Assembly: GCA_003218475.1 (NCBI GenBank)
Contig: QHNR01000106.1
Coordinates: forward strand, 1,388 to 65,387
DNA length: 64,000 nt
From: Verrucomicrobiota bacterium
Lineage (GTDB): Bacteria > Verrucomicrobiota > Verrucomicrobiia > Chthoniobacterales > UBA10450
Reading direction: 5' to 3'
The notes beneath the pieces were generated by a model, which saw only the letters and a program-made list of their open reading frames with translations, made no database searches and was not told the DNA's origin. Position 1 is the first letter of the stretch. Each line of letters opens with the position of its first letter. Below are positions 8,531 to 17,099 of this stretch, one piece after another. The position numbers and the translations under genes are program-made.

Positions 8531-10312
8531 ATGAAGTCTGGCAGTTTCTTCGGGGAGCTGAAAAGGCGTAACGTTTACAAAGTTGCCGTCGCTTATGCTG
8601 TCGTCGGGTGGCTCTTGATTCAGGTTGCTACGCAGGTTTTTCCGTTCCTGGATATTCCAAACTGGGCGATTCGCCTCGTCATTCTCGTGACTGCACTCGG
8701 TTTTCCTATTGCGCTGATTATCGCCTGGGCGTTCGAGCTCACACCTGAAGGAATTAGGCGAACCGAAGATGCCGATGCTGCGGGCCAACGTTCGCGCGGC
8801 GGAATTTGGATGGCGCTTGTTGTAACCGCGGCCGCGCTCTCGCTCGGTCTTTTTTTCCTCGGGCGCTACTCCGCTGGAAATGCGCGATCTCAGAACCCGG
8901 CTTCGCATGGCTCCGGCGCGGCAAGCAGCGAAGCGGTTACAGCTGTTCCTGAGAAGTCGGTCGCAGTTCTGCCATTGCTTAACGAAAGCGGTGACCCGAA
9001 GGACGAATATTTTTCGGATGGATTGTCGGAAGAACTGATCGCTGCTCTAGCACAAATCAACGGGCTGAAGGTCATTGGTCGCAGTTCTTCATTCCGTTTC
9101 AAAGACAGGCATGAGGACCCGAAAGCGATAGGCGAGAAGCTAGGCGTAAGCACGCTCCTCGAAGGCACGGTGCGCAAGCAGGACGATCGTGTACGCATCG
9201 TGGCTGAACTCGTGAACGCCGCAGACGGCATCGCGCTCTGGACGCGAACGTTCGATCGCGAATTAAGAGATATCTTCACAGTTCAGCAGGAAATCGCCAG
9301 GGCCGTCGCTGAGTCACTCAAGGTGACCTTGCTTGGTTCGAATGAAAAATCGGCCCAGATGGCGTCGAACAGCGTGGAAGCACACAACGCTTACCTTCAG
9401 GCCCATTTCCATTTCCAGCGCCGTAACGTCGAGGATTACCGCAAAGCCATCACTTATTTCGATCAGGCGATCCAGCTCGACCCGAATTATGCCTTGGCTT
9501 ACGCAGAACGTTCGGAGGTGTGGACCATGATTGGGGACCTCACCGGCCAACGCGCGACCGCGTACCCGAAAGCGCGCAGCGATGCTGAGAAGGCCGTCGA
9601 GATCGCGCCCGTCCTGGCCGAGGCGCACGCGGCCCTGGGCTGGGTCCGCTTTTTTGGCGAATGGAAATTTGCCGAAGGCCTGAGCGAGCTAAACCGTGCG
9701 AAAGAACTTTCTCCGGCAAATCCCACCGCCAACGATCTGCTGGCGCGAGTAATCGTTTACCTGGGGCGAATTGATGAGGCCGAGCGACAGGCGCGGCAAG
9801 CGGTGGAACTCGATCCGTTGTCTGTTGCGACACAATTCAACCTGGGGCGGGTGCTTTTCATTGCGGGAAAACTTGACGAGGCAGACGCGGCTGGACGCAA
9901 AGTGGCAGAGTTACAGCCGTCAGCGTCTTCCAGCCACCGATGGCAGGTGCTCGTCGCTGTGCAACGTGGCGACGGCGAGACCGCACTACGCGAAGCGCAA
10001 TTGGAGCCTGACGACGGGTTTCGTCCTTTCGAACTGGCGCTCGCACATTACGTACGTGGCGACCGCAAGGCGGCGGACGCGGCTTTGGCCGAGCTCGTGG
10101 CCAATAGCAGAAATGGCCTGGCCTATCAAATCGCCCAAGCGTACGCCGTACGAGGCGAGATAGAGAAAGCTTTCGAATGGTTGCAAATCTCGTTTGATAA
10201 TCACGACGGCGGGACGCTTAGCCTTGGCGTCGACCCATTATTGCGTGGCTTGCACGACGATCCTCGCTACAAGAACTTGCTCGCCAAACTCGGTTTACCT
10301 GGACCGTCATGA
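8531..10312 (+). CDS. paralog P1: 2-TM 'ELKRRNVYKV' anchor + TolB-N-like (COG5616-type) domain + TPR repeats
   Basis: FFGELKRRNVYKVAVAYAVVGWLLIQ...AWAFELTPEGIRRTED, then a TM segment, then KSVAVLPLLNESGDPKDEYFSDGLSEELI...LEGTVRK. TPR-like repeats follow, ending in the tail DPLLRGLHDDPRYKNLL. Confidence 0.8.
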   Translation: MKSGSFFGELKRRNVYKVAVAYAVVGWLLIQVATQVFPFLDIPNWAIRLVILVTALGFPIALIIAWAFELTPEGIRRTEDADAAGQRSRGGIWMALVVTAAALSLGLFFLGRYSAGNARSQNPASHGSGAASSEAVTAVPEKSVAVLPLLNESGDPKDEYFSDGLSEELIAALAQINGLKVIGRSSSFRFKDRHEDPKAIGEKLGVSTLLEGTVRKQDDRVRIVAELVNAADGIALWTRTFDRELRDIFTVQQEIARAVAESLKVTLLGSNEKSAQMASNSVEAHNAYLQAHFHFQRRNVEDYRKAITYFDQAIQLDPNYALAYAERSEVWTMIGDLTGQRATAYPKARSDAEKAVEIAPVLAEAHAALGWVRFFGEWKFAEGLSELNRAKELSPANPTANDLLARVIVYLGRIDEAERQARQAVELDPLSVATQFNLGRVLFIAGKLDEADAAGRKVAELQPSASSSHRWQVLVAVQRGDGETALREAQLEPDDGFRPFELALAHYVRGDRKAADAALAELVANSRNGLAYQIAQAYAVRGEIEKAFEWLQISFDNHDGGTLSLGVDPLLRGLHDDPRYKNLLAKLGLPGPS

Positions 10313-10365
10313 ACGAAAGGCCTTGCTTTTTCGCGGAGCTCGGGGAAATGGGGAGCTTCTACTAG
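10309..10365 (+). pseudogene. orphan N-terminal stub of an anchor-type paralog
   Basis: The ATG overlaps the P1 stop (ATGA). It encodes MNERPCFFAEL..., matching the conserved FFxEL start of the anchor module, then diverges and stops after 18 codons. Confidence 0.35.
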
Positions 10366-10633
10366 CGGTAACGGTGGCGCATTGGTTTTCCGAACTAATA
10401 CTGAAGCACCAGCGCTATGTGCCTTGGAGGTAAGCAAGGCTCTTAAGAGCTATCCCAACTTACACGTTCTGAAACAAGGGATCGATCCGCACCGTGCCGC
10501 TAAACCAATCCGCTGGTCCTTTGCCGGATGGTTCTGAACCAACTCTTGATTTCCATTCTCAACTCCATTGTTAACTGACTCCTGTTTGTCATGACGACTA
10601 CTTCTTAAATTGCTTTCAGGAAACATTTGTTCA

Positions 10634-11389
10634 ATGCGTCCGCCGCCATCAAAGCACGCTTCCAAGTTCGGTGTGATCAAGCTTCACTTTCGAAAAAGAA
10701 CCCGTACCCTCACGTACGAACAAAAAGGCGGTTGGCAAAGCGCGGCGGACGTCAACGGCATCAGCCTCGATGCGCATATTCATGCGCTCTATGGGCTGGT
10801 TTTACAACACGCCGGGAAAAACATTCTCATGATTGGGTGCGGCGGCGGCACTCTCGGTACCATGCTGGCTCGAGCAGGGAAGCGGGTATCGATTGTTGAG
10901 ATCGACCCAGTCTCAATCAGGCTCGCAAAGCGCTACTTTGGTCTGCCGCGAAACATCGCCTGTCATGTCGACGATGGATTGGCATTCATGAGAAAAAAAC
11001 GCCGGCACTATGATTTGCTCATTGTGGACGCTTTTACCGGCGAGAAGATTCCCGCCCACATGAAGGATGCGGCATTCTTTGAGGCGGCAGGCCGCTGCCT
11101 GCGACGCAACGGCCTGGCCATGGTCAATGTTTGTCTGGAACGGAAGTCAGATCCGACGGCAGATAGAATCGCTGCGGGATTCAAAGAAAGGGGCTGGTCC
11201 GTGCGGCTCTTGGATAGCCCTGGCGCGGAGCGTAACGCTATTGTCCTAGCGGGAAACGTGAAGAACCTGCGACGGCCCAGGTTGCTGCTCGTGCCTGAAG
11301 CCGGCGCGAAACAGACGGGCAAAGAATTGACCGCCATGCGCTTCCGCCGGCGACGGTCGATTTTCCGAAACCGCGGAAGGGTCCGGTGA
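10634..11389 (+). CDS. spermidine synthase-like class I SAM-dependent methyltransferase
   Basis: ILMIGCGGGTLGTMLA (motif I), VEIDP, DLLIVDAF. ORF 10610..11389 with the first ATG at 10634. Confidence 0.6.
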   Translation: MRPPPSKHASKFGVIKLHFRKRTRTLTYEQKGGWQSAADVNGISLDAHIHALYGLVLQHAGKNILMIGCGGGTLGTMLARAGKRVSIVEIDPVSIRLAKRYFGLPRNIACHVDDGLAFMRKKRRHYDLLIVDAFTGEKIPAHMKDAAFFEAAGRCLRRNGLAMVNVCLERKSDPTADRIAAGFKERGWSVRLLDSPGAERNAIVLAGNVKNLRRPRLLLVPEAGAKQTGKELTAMRFRRRRSIFRNRGRVR

Positions 11390-11396
11390 CAGCTCC

Positions 11397-12758
11397 TTAG
11401 ACTGCTACCGCCTTCACCAATCTTTTGACGAGAAGATACACAGGATAACTGACTGCAATTCCTATCATAGCATAGAGGCTGTTTTGGGTGCTACTCACGA
11501 TGAAGGCAATCAACAGCAGACCGGCCCCAAGAAATACGATTGTTGGAAGCACCGGATAGCCGTGCGCTCTGAACGGTCGCGGAAGGTCCGGCTCTCTCCA
11601 ACGCAAAATAAAGATCGTGCCGAAGGCCGTTACATCTACCAGCACACTTAGGAACGCGGTAAAACCGAATAGCCTGTCGAAGCTGCCGAGGCCTGCGAGC
11701 ATGATGGCTACCAACGCAGTCACGAGCAAGGCCGTGGTAGGTGTACCTCCGGTATTTACCCTTGCGGCGGAATAAAAAAAGAGGCCATCGCGACTAAGAG
11801 CGAACATCACTCGCGGTGTAAAAAGGAAGGAGGCGTTGATAATTCCAAGGAGGGACACTAACATGATGCTAGTCACGATCTGGCTGCTATAACCGCCGAA
11901 GATGAGCTGGGCGGCATCTGCCGCCGCCAGTTTTGAGCCTGCTAGCTTCGACATCGGTAACGCATGTAGTATGGCGAGGTTAATGAGCACATAGATCGCC
12001 ATCACCAAAGCGACGCCGGTAAACAGCGAACGAGGAATGCTTTTCGCTGGATCAGTGTTCTCCTCCGAGAAGTAAACCGGTGCATGCCAGCCGGAGTAGG
12101 TGCCAAGAATGCTTTGCATCGACAAAGCGATGGCCACAAACAAAAGCTTCGGATCGGAAAAGAGCGACGGCTTTGCGCTTGGGGCAACGCTTAGATTCGG
12201 GCTGAAAAGAAAGCAGGCAGCGATGATGACGAAGAAAGCGAGGACTTTGAACAAGCTCATGATCTCTTGAGCGCGGCTACCCACACGCAGGCCGAGCCAG
12301 TGAAACGCGGTGAAGAAGATCAAGACAGCAATTGCCGCCGGCGTTACGACACTGGGATTATAAGAGAAGACTCCAGCGGCGTATTCGGTTAACGCAACTG
12401 CCAAATACGCCATCGAACTGGTGCGAAGGAGCCAATCACTCCAGCCGACAAGAAATCCACCGAACTCACCATACGCGCGACGAGCATAAACGTAAGGTCC
12501 GCCGTCCAGCGGCAGCATTGTGCCGAGCTCAGCATAGGTATTCGCACCGGCGAAAGCATACAGTCCGGAGACTATCCATGCGCCCATGATGAGTCCGCTG
12601 TGACTGAGGTGGGCCGCGACGCTCCCTGGAATCCGCAGAATGCCGATGCCGATTGTTCCGCCAATGCCGACCGCCACGCCAAAGGTGACTCCGAGGATGC
12701 GAAGCAACCGTTCTTTGCTGGACGACGGCGTATTAACAAAGGCTGGCTTCCTCTCCAT
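11397..12758 (-). CDS. APC-family amino acid permease
   Basis: 453 aa and about 12 predicted hydrophobic helices. N-terminal GVAVGIGGTIGIGILRIPG motif is typical of amino-acid/polyamine/organocation transporters. Confidence 0.8.
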   Translation of the reverse strand: MERKPAFVNTPSSSKERLLRILGVTFGVAVGIGGTIGIGILRIPGSVAAHLSHSGLIMGAWIVSGLYAFAGANTYAELGTMLPLDGGPYVYARRAYGEFGGFLVGWSDWLLRTSSMAYLAVALTEYAAGVFSYNPSVVTPAAIAVLIFFTAFHWLGLRVGSRAQEIMSLFKVLAFFVIIAACFLFSPNLSVAPSAKPSLFSDPKLLFVAIALSMQSILGTYSGWHAPVYFSEENTDPAKSIPRSLFTGVALVMAIYVLINLAILHALPMSKLAGSKLAAADAAQLIFGGYSSQIVTSIMLVSLLGIINASFLFTPRVMFALSRDGLFFYSAARVNTGGTPTTALLVTALVAIMLAGLGSFDRLFGFTAFLSVLVDVTAFGTIFILRWREPDLPRPFRAHGYPVLPTIVFLGAGLLLIAFIVSSTQNSLYAMIGIAVSYPVYLLVKRLVKAVAV

Positions 12759-12870
12759 GCGTTCGGCTTATCCGATTCCGCGCTACGCGGCAAGAGCACA
12801 GGACCACGCCACGTCGATCTGGACTTTGCTCTGCCTTCTGTACAATTAGCCGGCCGATTACTGGCGGAAC

Positions 12871-14709
12871 GTGAATCTAAGCAATTTCCTAGCCGAACTG
12901 AAGCGGCGCAATGTCGTCCGCATGGCTGGGCTTTATCTCGTCGGCGCATGGCTGCTCACTCAGGTCGCGAGCACCGTCCTGCCGATGTTTGGCGCTCCGG
13001 ATTGGTTGCCCCGCAGCATCGTCAGCCTGCTGGCAATTGGTTTCGTTCCGACGCTGATCTTTAGTTGGGTCTTCGAACTGACCCCGCAAGGCTTGAAGCG
13101 CGATGAGGACGTAAGGCCGGAGGAATCAATCGCGCCACAAACTGCGCGGCGCATGAATCGCATGATCATCGCCGTGCTGCTGCTCGCACTCGGATATTTT
13201 GTGTTCGACAAATTTGTCCTGACGCCACGGCGCGAAGCGGCGCTCCTTGCGGCTCGGACATCGACGGAACCCAAATCTGTACCCAGCGCCAAGTCCGTCG
13301 CCGTGCTGGCCTTCGCCAATCTCAGCGACGACAAGGGCAGCGAATATTTTTCAGACGGAATCAGTGAGGAGTTGCTGACTGTGCTGCAAAAAATTCCCGG
13401 CTTGCACGTCGCCGCGCGGACCTCAGCGTTTTCCTTCAAAGGCAAGAATGCGACGGCGCAGGAGATCGGGCAGAAACTCGGCGTGGCGCGTCTGGTCGAG
13501 GGAAGTGTGCGCAAGGCCGGCGACGTTGTGCGTATCGCGGCCCGGCTCACTCGCACGGACACGGGCGAGCAACTTTGGTCAGAAAATTTTACGCGCGATT
13601 TGAAGGACGTGTTCGCCGTCGAAACCGAACTCGCCCAGACCATCGTCGGGCAGTTGAGCGGTCAGCTCACGGGTGGCGCCGCGGATCCGGCTGCGAAGGC
13701 GGAAATTCAAGCGCAGGTGCAGGCGGCGGAAAAGGGCGGGACGAAAAATGTGGAGGCCCACGAGCATTATCTGCAGGGCCGGTTTTATAGTGATCGCCAT
13801 TCGGAAAAAAGCGCTGCTGAGGCCCTCGCTGCTTATCAACAGGCAGTGGAGCTGGACCCCGCCTTCGCGCTCGCATGGGCGGGCCTTGCCCTAACGCACG
13901 TTTGGTACTGCGAGTTTTCCACCGAGGCGGGACGAACCGGTTTCGATACCCATCTGGCAGGAGCGCGAGAAGCAACGGCAAGGGCTTTGTCCCTCGAGCC
14001 TAACCTGCCGGAAGCGTTGCTCGCCCGCTCGGAGATTGAGCTCAATTTCGATTTTGACTGGAAAGGTGCGGCCGAAACATTACGAAAGGCGCTGAGTCTG
14101 GCCCCCGCAGATCCGGCGCTCCGAATCGCCGCGGGCAACCTTGAAACAGCTCGCGGGGATATGACTCGGGCCATCGACCTCTATCGCCAGGCCGTCGCGT
14201 TGGATCCCGTTAACCCGCGAGCCCGTTCGTTCCTGGCGTTCAACCTGGCGGTGGCCGGTCGGTTTTCCGAAGCGCGGGCGGAATTTCCGAGGGTTGTGGA
14301 GTTGAATCCGGCGGCGCCTTGGGCCCATGCCGGTCTCGGTCTCGCCTTCCTCATCGAAGGAAAGTTCGAGGAGGCGGCGGTCGCTGCGCGAGACGATGCG
14401 GGCGAGTGGGCCCGGCTTCTCATAGTGGCATGCGCCTATTGGGGCGAGAAACGAATCCCGGAATCAGATGCGGCGCTTGCTCAGTTAACCGCGACCTTCG
14501 CCGATACGGCAGCTTACCAGGTCGCCGAGGTCTATGCGTATCGCGGGGACAAGGATCAGGACTTCGAGTGGCTCGAGCGCGCGCGCCGGCAGCGCGACGG
14601 GGGTCTGGCCGGTATGCGGAGGGATCCGCTCCTCGCGAACCTAAAAACGGACCCGCGCTGGAATGCATTCTTGCAAACGATCGGCCTGGCCGACGACCAA
14701 TTGAAATGA
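12871..14709 (+). CDS. paralog P2: 2-TM anchor + TolB-N-like + TPR
   Basis: GTG start. FLAELKRRNVVRMAGLYLVGAWLLTQ...SWVFELTPQGLKRDED, KSVAVLAFANLSDDKGSEYFSDGISEELL, TPR region, tail DPLLANLKTDPRWNAFL. Confidence 0.8.
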   Translation: MNLSNFLAELKRRNVVRMAGLYLVGAWLLTQVASTVLPMFGAPDWLPRSIVSLLAIGFVPTLIFSWVFELTPQGLKRDEDVRPEESIAPQTARRMNRMIIAVLLLALGYFVFDKFVLTPRREAALLAARTSTEPKSVPSAKSVAVLAFANLSDDKGSEYFSDGISEELLTVLQKIPGLHVAARTSAFSFKGKNATAQEIGQKLGVARLVEGSVRKAGDVVRIAARLTRTDTGEQLWSENFTRDLKDVFAVETELAQTIVGQLSGQLTGGAADPAAKAEIQAQVQAAEKGGTKNVEAHEHYLQGRFYSDRHSEKSAAEALAAYQQAVELDPAFALAWAGLALTHVWYCEFSTEAGRTGFDTHLAGAREATARALSLEPNLPEALLARSEIELNFDFDWKGAAETLRKALSLAPADPALRIAAGNLETARGDMTRAIDLYRQAVALDPVNPRARSFLAFNLAVAGRFSEARAEFPRVVELNPAAPWAHAGLGLAFLIEGKFEEAAVAARDDAGEWARLLIVACAYWGEKRIPESDAALAQLTATFADTAAYQVAEVYAYRGDKDQDFEWLERARRQRDGGLAGMRRDPLLANLKTDPRWNAFLQTIGLADDQLK

Positions 14710-14892
14710 GCGCCCGCTAAATGCCTAACGAGTCGCGCTTCGGCGATAAGATAATTCTGCACTCTGAGCGATGAACTCTCGCCATTTCGGTTCCGAATTG
14801 CGTCGGCACAATGCTGACAAAGTCACCTTCGCGAATGTAGTCGACTAATTCAGTTCGTTAAGTCTCTGGTTTCCGGATACAAATACTTGCCA

Positions 14893-15620
14893 ATGCTGGC
14901 CCCCGAGTCTGCCTCCGACGTAAAATTCGAGATTGGTCATGTCTTGTTCATCGACATCGTGGGTTACTCCAAGCTGCTCATTCACGAGCAGAGCGAGCAG
15001 ATGCAGACGTTGCGAGAAATCGTGCGCGGCACGGAGCAGTTCCGCCTGGCTGAAGCCGAAGGCAAACTGCTGCGCTTACCGACCGGCGATGGTGGCGCGC
15101 TTGTGTTTCGCACTAGCCCCGAAGCGCCGGTCCGCTGCGCGCTGGAAATCAGTAAGGAGCTCAAGAAGCATCCCGAGCTTCGGGTGCGAATGGGAATTCA
15201 CAGCGGTGCGGTCAATGAAATCAGCGATCTGAACGAACAAGCCAACATTGCCGGCGCTGGCATCAACATCGCGCAGCGGGTTATGGATTGTGGCGATGCC
15301 GGTCACATCCTGCTATCACGGCATGTCGGGGAAGATTTGGAGCAATATCCGCGGTGGCGCTCGCTTCTGCGCGATCTTGGTGAGTGCGAAGTGAAGCACG
15401 GCGTCCGCATCTCGTCCTTCAATATTTCGCCATCACAGCAGCGTGGGCGGGCGAGAAGAAGCTTGCCTTGCAACAACTGGAAGCTGGGCTGCGTGCTCCC
15501 GCCGCATCATGGGCGCTGAGCTACGGTGCCTTAAAACTGCACCCCTTCTGGGACCCGCTCCGCGGCGATCCGCGCTTCAAAAAAATCGTAGAGTCCCTCG
15601 CGCCGAAAGAGAGACACTAA
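14893..15620 (+). pseudogene. paralog P3: class III cyclase head joined out of frame to the family C-terminal tail (internal deletion of TM/TolB-N/TPR)
   Basis: Cyclase blocks LFIDIVGYS, LPTGDGGALVF, RMGIHSGAV, GINIAQRVMD run up to VKHGVRISSFNI (about 15420). From about 15425 a different frame reads ..ITAAWAGEKKLALQQLEAGL..YGALKLHPFWDPLRGDPRFKKIVESLAPK. This aligns with the last ~55 aa of P6. Confidence 0.65.
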
Positions 15621-15687
15621 TTTCACGAATTGTCACCAATCGGACGACGACTCTCGGTTTGATTCGTGTGGATTCGTGAAATTCGTG
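15621..15687. repeat. ATTCGTG heptamer cluster (one inverted copy + three tandem copies)
   Basis: tttcacgaatt ... gattcgtgtggattcgtgaaattcgtg. Confidence 0.8.
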
Positions 15688-15737
15688 TCTACAATCGTCG
15701 CCTCGCTGGCACCGAACTGGCCGACCTCGCCGCAGCG

Positions 15738-15983
15738 CTAAACAGGCTGCAGTTTGCGCTCGTTCTGAATGACGATCGTCGGGTTCGGATTGCTCGGCGG
15801 CACTGGCAGGCCCTGCTGACGAATCACCTCGACGTGATCTGCCATTCCTGAGCGTGCCTTGTAAACGCAGTCCTCGATAGAGTGGCCGATGCCTGTGAAT
15901 CCCTCCAGATCCGGTGAGTAGAAGCCAAAAAAATCCGGATCGTCGGTCGCTTCGATAATGAGTGAATATGGCAATGTGATCAT
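15738..15983 (-). CDS. hicB: HicB-family antitoxin (short form, no obvious DNA-binding extension)
   Basis: MITLPYSLIIEATDDPDFFGFYSPDLEGFTGIGHSIEDC.. is a typical HicB N-domain. Starts 3 nt after the hicA stop. Confidence 0.8.
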   Translation of the reverse strand: MITLPYSLIIEATDDPDFFGFYSPDLEGFTGIGHSIEDCVYKARSGMADHVEVIRQQGLPVPPSNPNPTIVIQNERKLQPV

Positions 15984-15985
15984 TT

Positions 15986-16171
15986 CTATTTCAGTCCTGC
16001 AGCTTTGAGTATTGCATGGCACGTGCCGGTCGGCACCTCTTTTGCGCCGTGGAAATCTACACGAATCAAGCGGGGATGACCAGTCTTGACATAGTAGCGG
16101 ATCGAGCCTTTCTCTTTTATCAGCCGGAATCCATTTTGCTCCAGCAGTCGCACGAGTTCAGTGAACTTCAT
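15986..16171 (-). CDS. hicA: HicA-family mRNA interferase toxin
   Basis: MKFTELVRLLEQNGFRLIKEKGSIRYY...HGAKEVPTGTCHAILKAAGL. Canonical hicA-hicB gene order. Confidence 0.8.
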   Translation of the reverse strand: MKFTELVRLLEQNGFRLIKEKGSIRYYVKTGHPRLIRVDFHGAKEVPTGTCHAILKAAGLK

Positions 16172-16193
16172 CTGCTTGCAGCATAACAAGAGC

Positions 16194-16331
16194 ATGGAAA
16201 CCGCTGCAAGCCGACGCGAACATCAACGCTGGGCTGAACCGCTGCTCCGGCTCGATCCGATGTTCGATCTGCTCCAGAATGATCCGCGCTTCCAAAAACT
16301 CGCCGAGTCGGAAGCGCCGAAAGACAATTAA
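16194..16331 (+). pseudogene. orphan C-terminal tail relic of a TPR paralog
   Basis: My own translation gives ..AEPLLRLDPMFDLLQNDPRFQKLAESEAPKDN*. This matches the family tail (DPLLDSLHGDPRFEALVQRVVAPK) and has no upstream body. Confidence 0.4.
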
Positions 16332-16394
16332 ACTACGGATCACCCGCCGTCGCCGATGCTACGGCGGGCAGGCACGGATAAAACGGATGAAGAG

Positions 16395-16450
16395 ATGATT
16401 CACGAGGAGTTGAGCGACAAAATCATCAGGGCCGCAATGGATGTGCCTTT
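16395..16450 (+). pseudogene. 5' fragment of a GxxExxY-family gene, truncated by the hairpin repeat
   Basis: MIHEELSDKIIRAAMDV resembles the conserved N-terminus of the GxxExxY family as I recall it. The frame then runs straight into the GTCATGTCGAGCGG repeat. Confidence 0.35.
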
Positions 16451-16478
16451 GTCATGTCGAGCGGAGTCGAGACATCTC
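16451..16478. repeat. GTCAT-CGAGCG hairpin repeat (left flank of GIY-YIG cassette 1)
   Basis: gtcatgtcgagcggagtcgagacatctc, 14 nt upstream of the GIY-YIG start codon. Confidence 0.85.
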
Positions 16479-16492
16479 TAAATTTCTGATTC

Positions 16493-16780
16493 ATGGCGCG
16501 TGATTACAACTTCTGGGTCTATATCATTACCAACAGGAACCATTCGGTTCTTTACATCGGGGTGACGAACCGCCTCTCTCGCCGGACTTATGAGCACCGC
16601 GAAGTTGCCAAGGTGGGGTTCGCTGCCAAATATCAGTGCAAAAACCTTATCTATTACGAACATTATCGCGACATCCGCGGCGCGATCGCTCGAGAATCGC
16701 AATTGAAGAAATGGTCGCGAGCGAAGAAAAATCGGCCTGATCAATCGATTGAACCCACGTTGGGAAGACCTTGGTGCTGA
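16493..16780 (+). CDS. GIY-YIG nuclease family protein (COG2827/UPF0213-like)
   Basis: FWVYIITNRNHSVLYIGVTNRLSRRTYEH...LIYYEHYRDIRGAIARESQLKKWSRAKK. Confidence 0.85.
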   Translation: MARDYNFWVYIITNRNHSVLYIGVTNRLSRRTYEHREVAKVGFAAKYQCKNLIYYEHYRDIRGAIARESQLKKWSRAKKNRPDQSIEPTLGRPWC

Positions 16781-16885
16781 CGTGTTATATGAGATTTGAT
16801 TCGCTCATTTCCCATTCGCTCAGCCTCCGGCCTTCCCGTCGATGTCGCGGCTTCCCAAGCCGCTCCATTCTCGACACTGTGGAGT

Positions 16886-16933
16886 TTACCCTGAGCGAGC
16901 GAAGCGAGTCGAATGGGCTACGCTCGAAATGAC
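16886..16933. repeat. inverted copy of the hairpin repeat (right flank of GIY-YIG cassette 1)
   Basis: accctgagcgagcgaagcgagtcgaatgggctacgctcgaaatgac. The reverse complement begins gtcatttcgagcgtagc. Confidence 0.75.
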
Positions 16934-17020
16934 AGAACGCCCGATTGGAATGGAAACGCGTATTGCGCCCGCGAGAAGCTGCCGAACACGACACGCCTGA
17001 TTTTTATGCCTGAGCCTTGC

Positions 17021-17048
17021 TTATCCGTGCTATCCGTTTAATCCGTGG
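17021..17048. repeat. ATCCGTG heptamer triplet
   Basis: ttatccgtgctatccgtttaatccgtgg. Confidence 0.8.
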
Positions 17049-17099
17049 TTCTTTTCAGACTTTCAAAAAATCGTCGTCTCGGCCGCGGCAAAAGAATAG

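Larger units (their letters stand above)
16334..17048. mobile_element. nested cassette: inverted CACGGAT/ATCCGTG heptamer triplets enclosing a GxxExxY-like 5' fragment and a hairpin-flanked GIY-YIG gene
   Basis: acggat/cacggat/aacggat at 16335-16388, and atccgtg x3 in the opposite orientation at 17021-17048. Contents are described in separate features. Confidence 0.4.

Noticed and set aside
8036-8908. 290-aa minus-strand ORF spanning the MmgE/PrpD 5' end, the intergenic hairpin region and the start of P1
   Set aside because: It overlaps two well-supported genes and a repeat-rich spacer. Its sequence is low-complexity and Arg/Ser-rich, with no recognisable motifs. It is most likely a shadow ORF.
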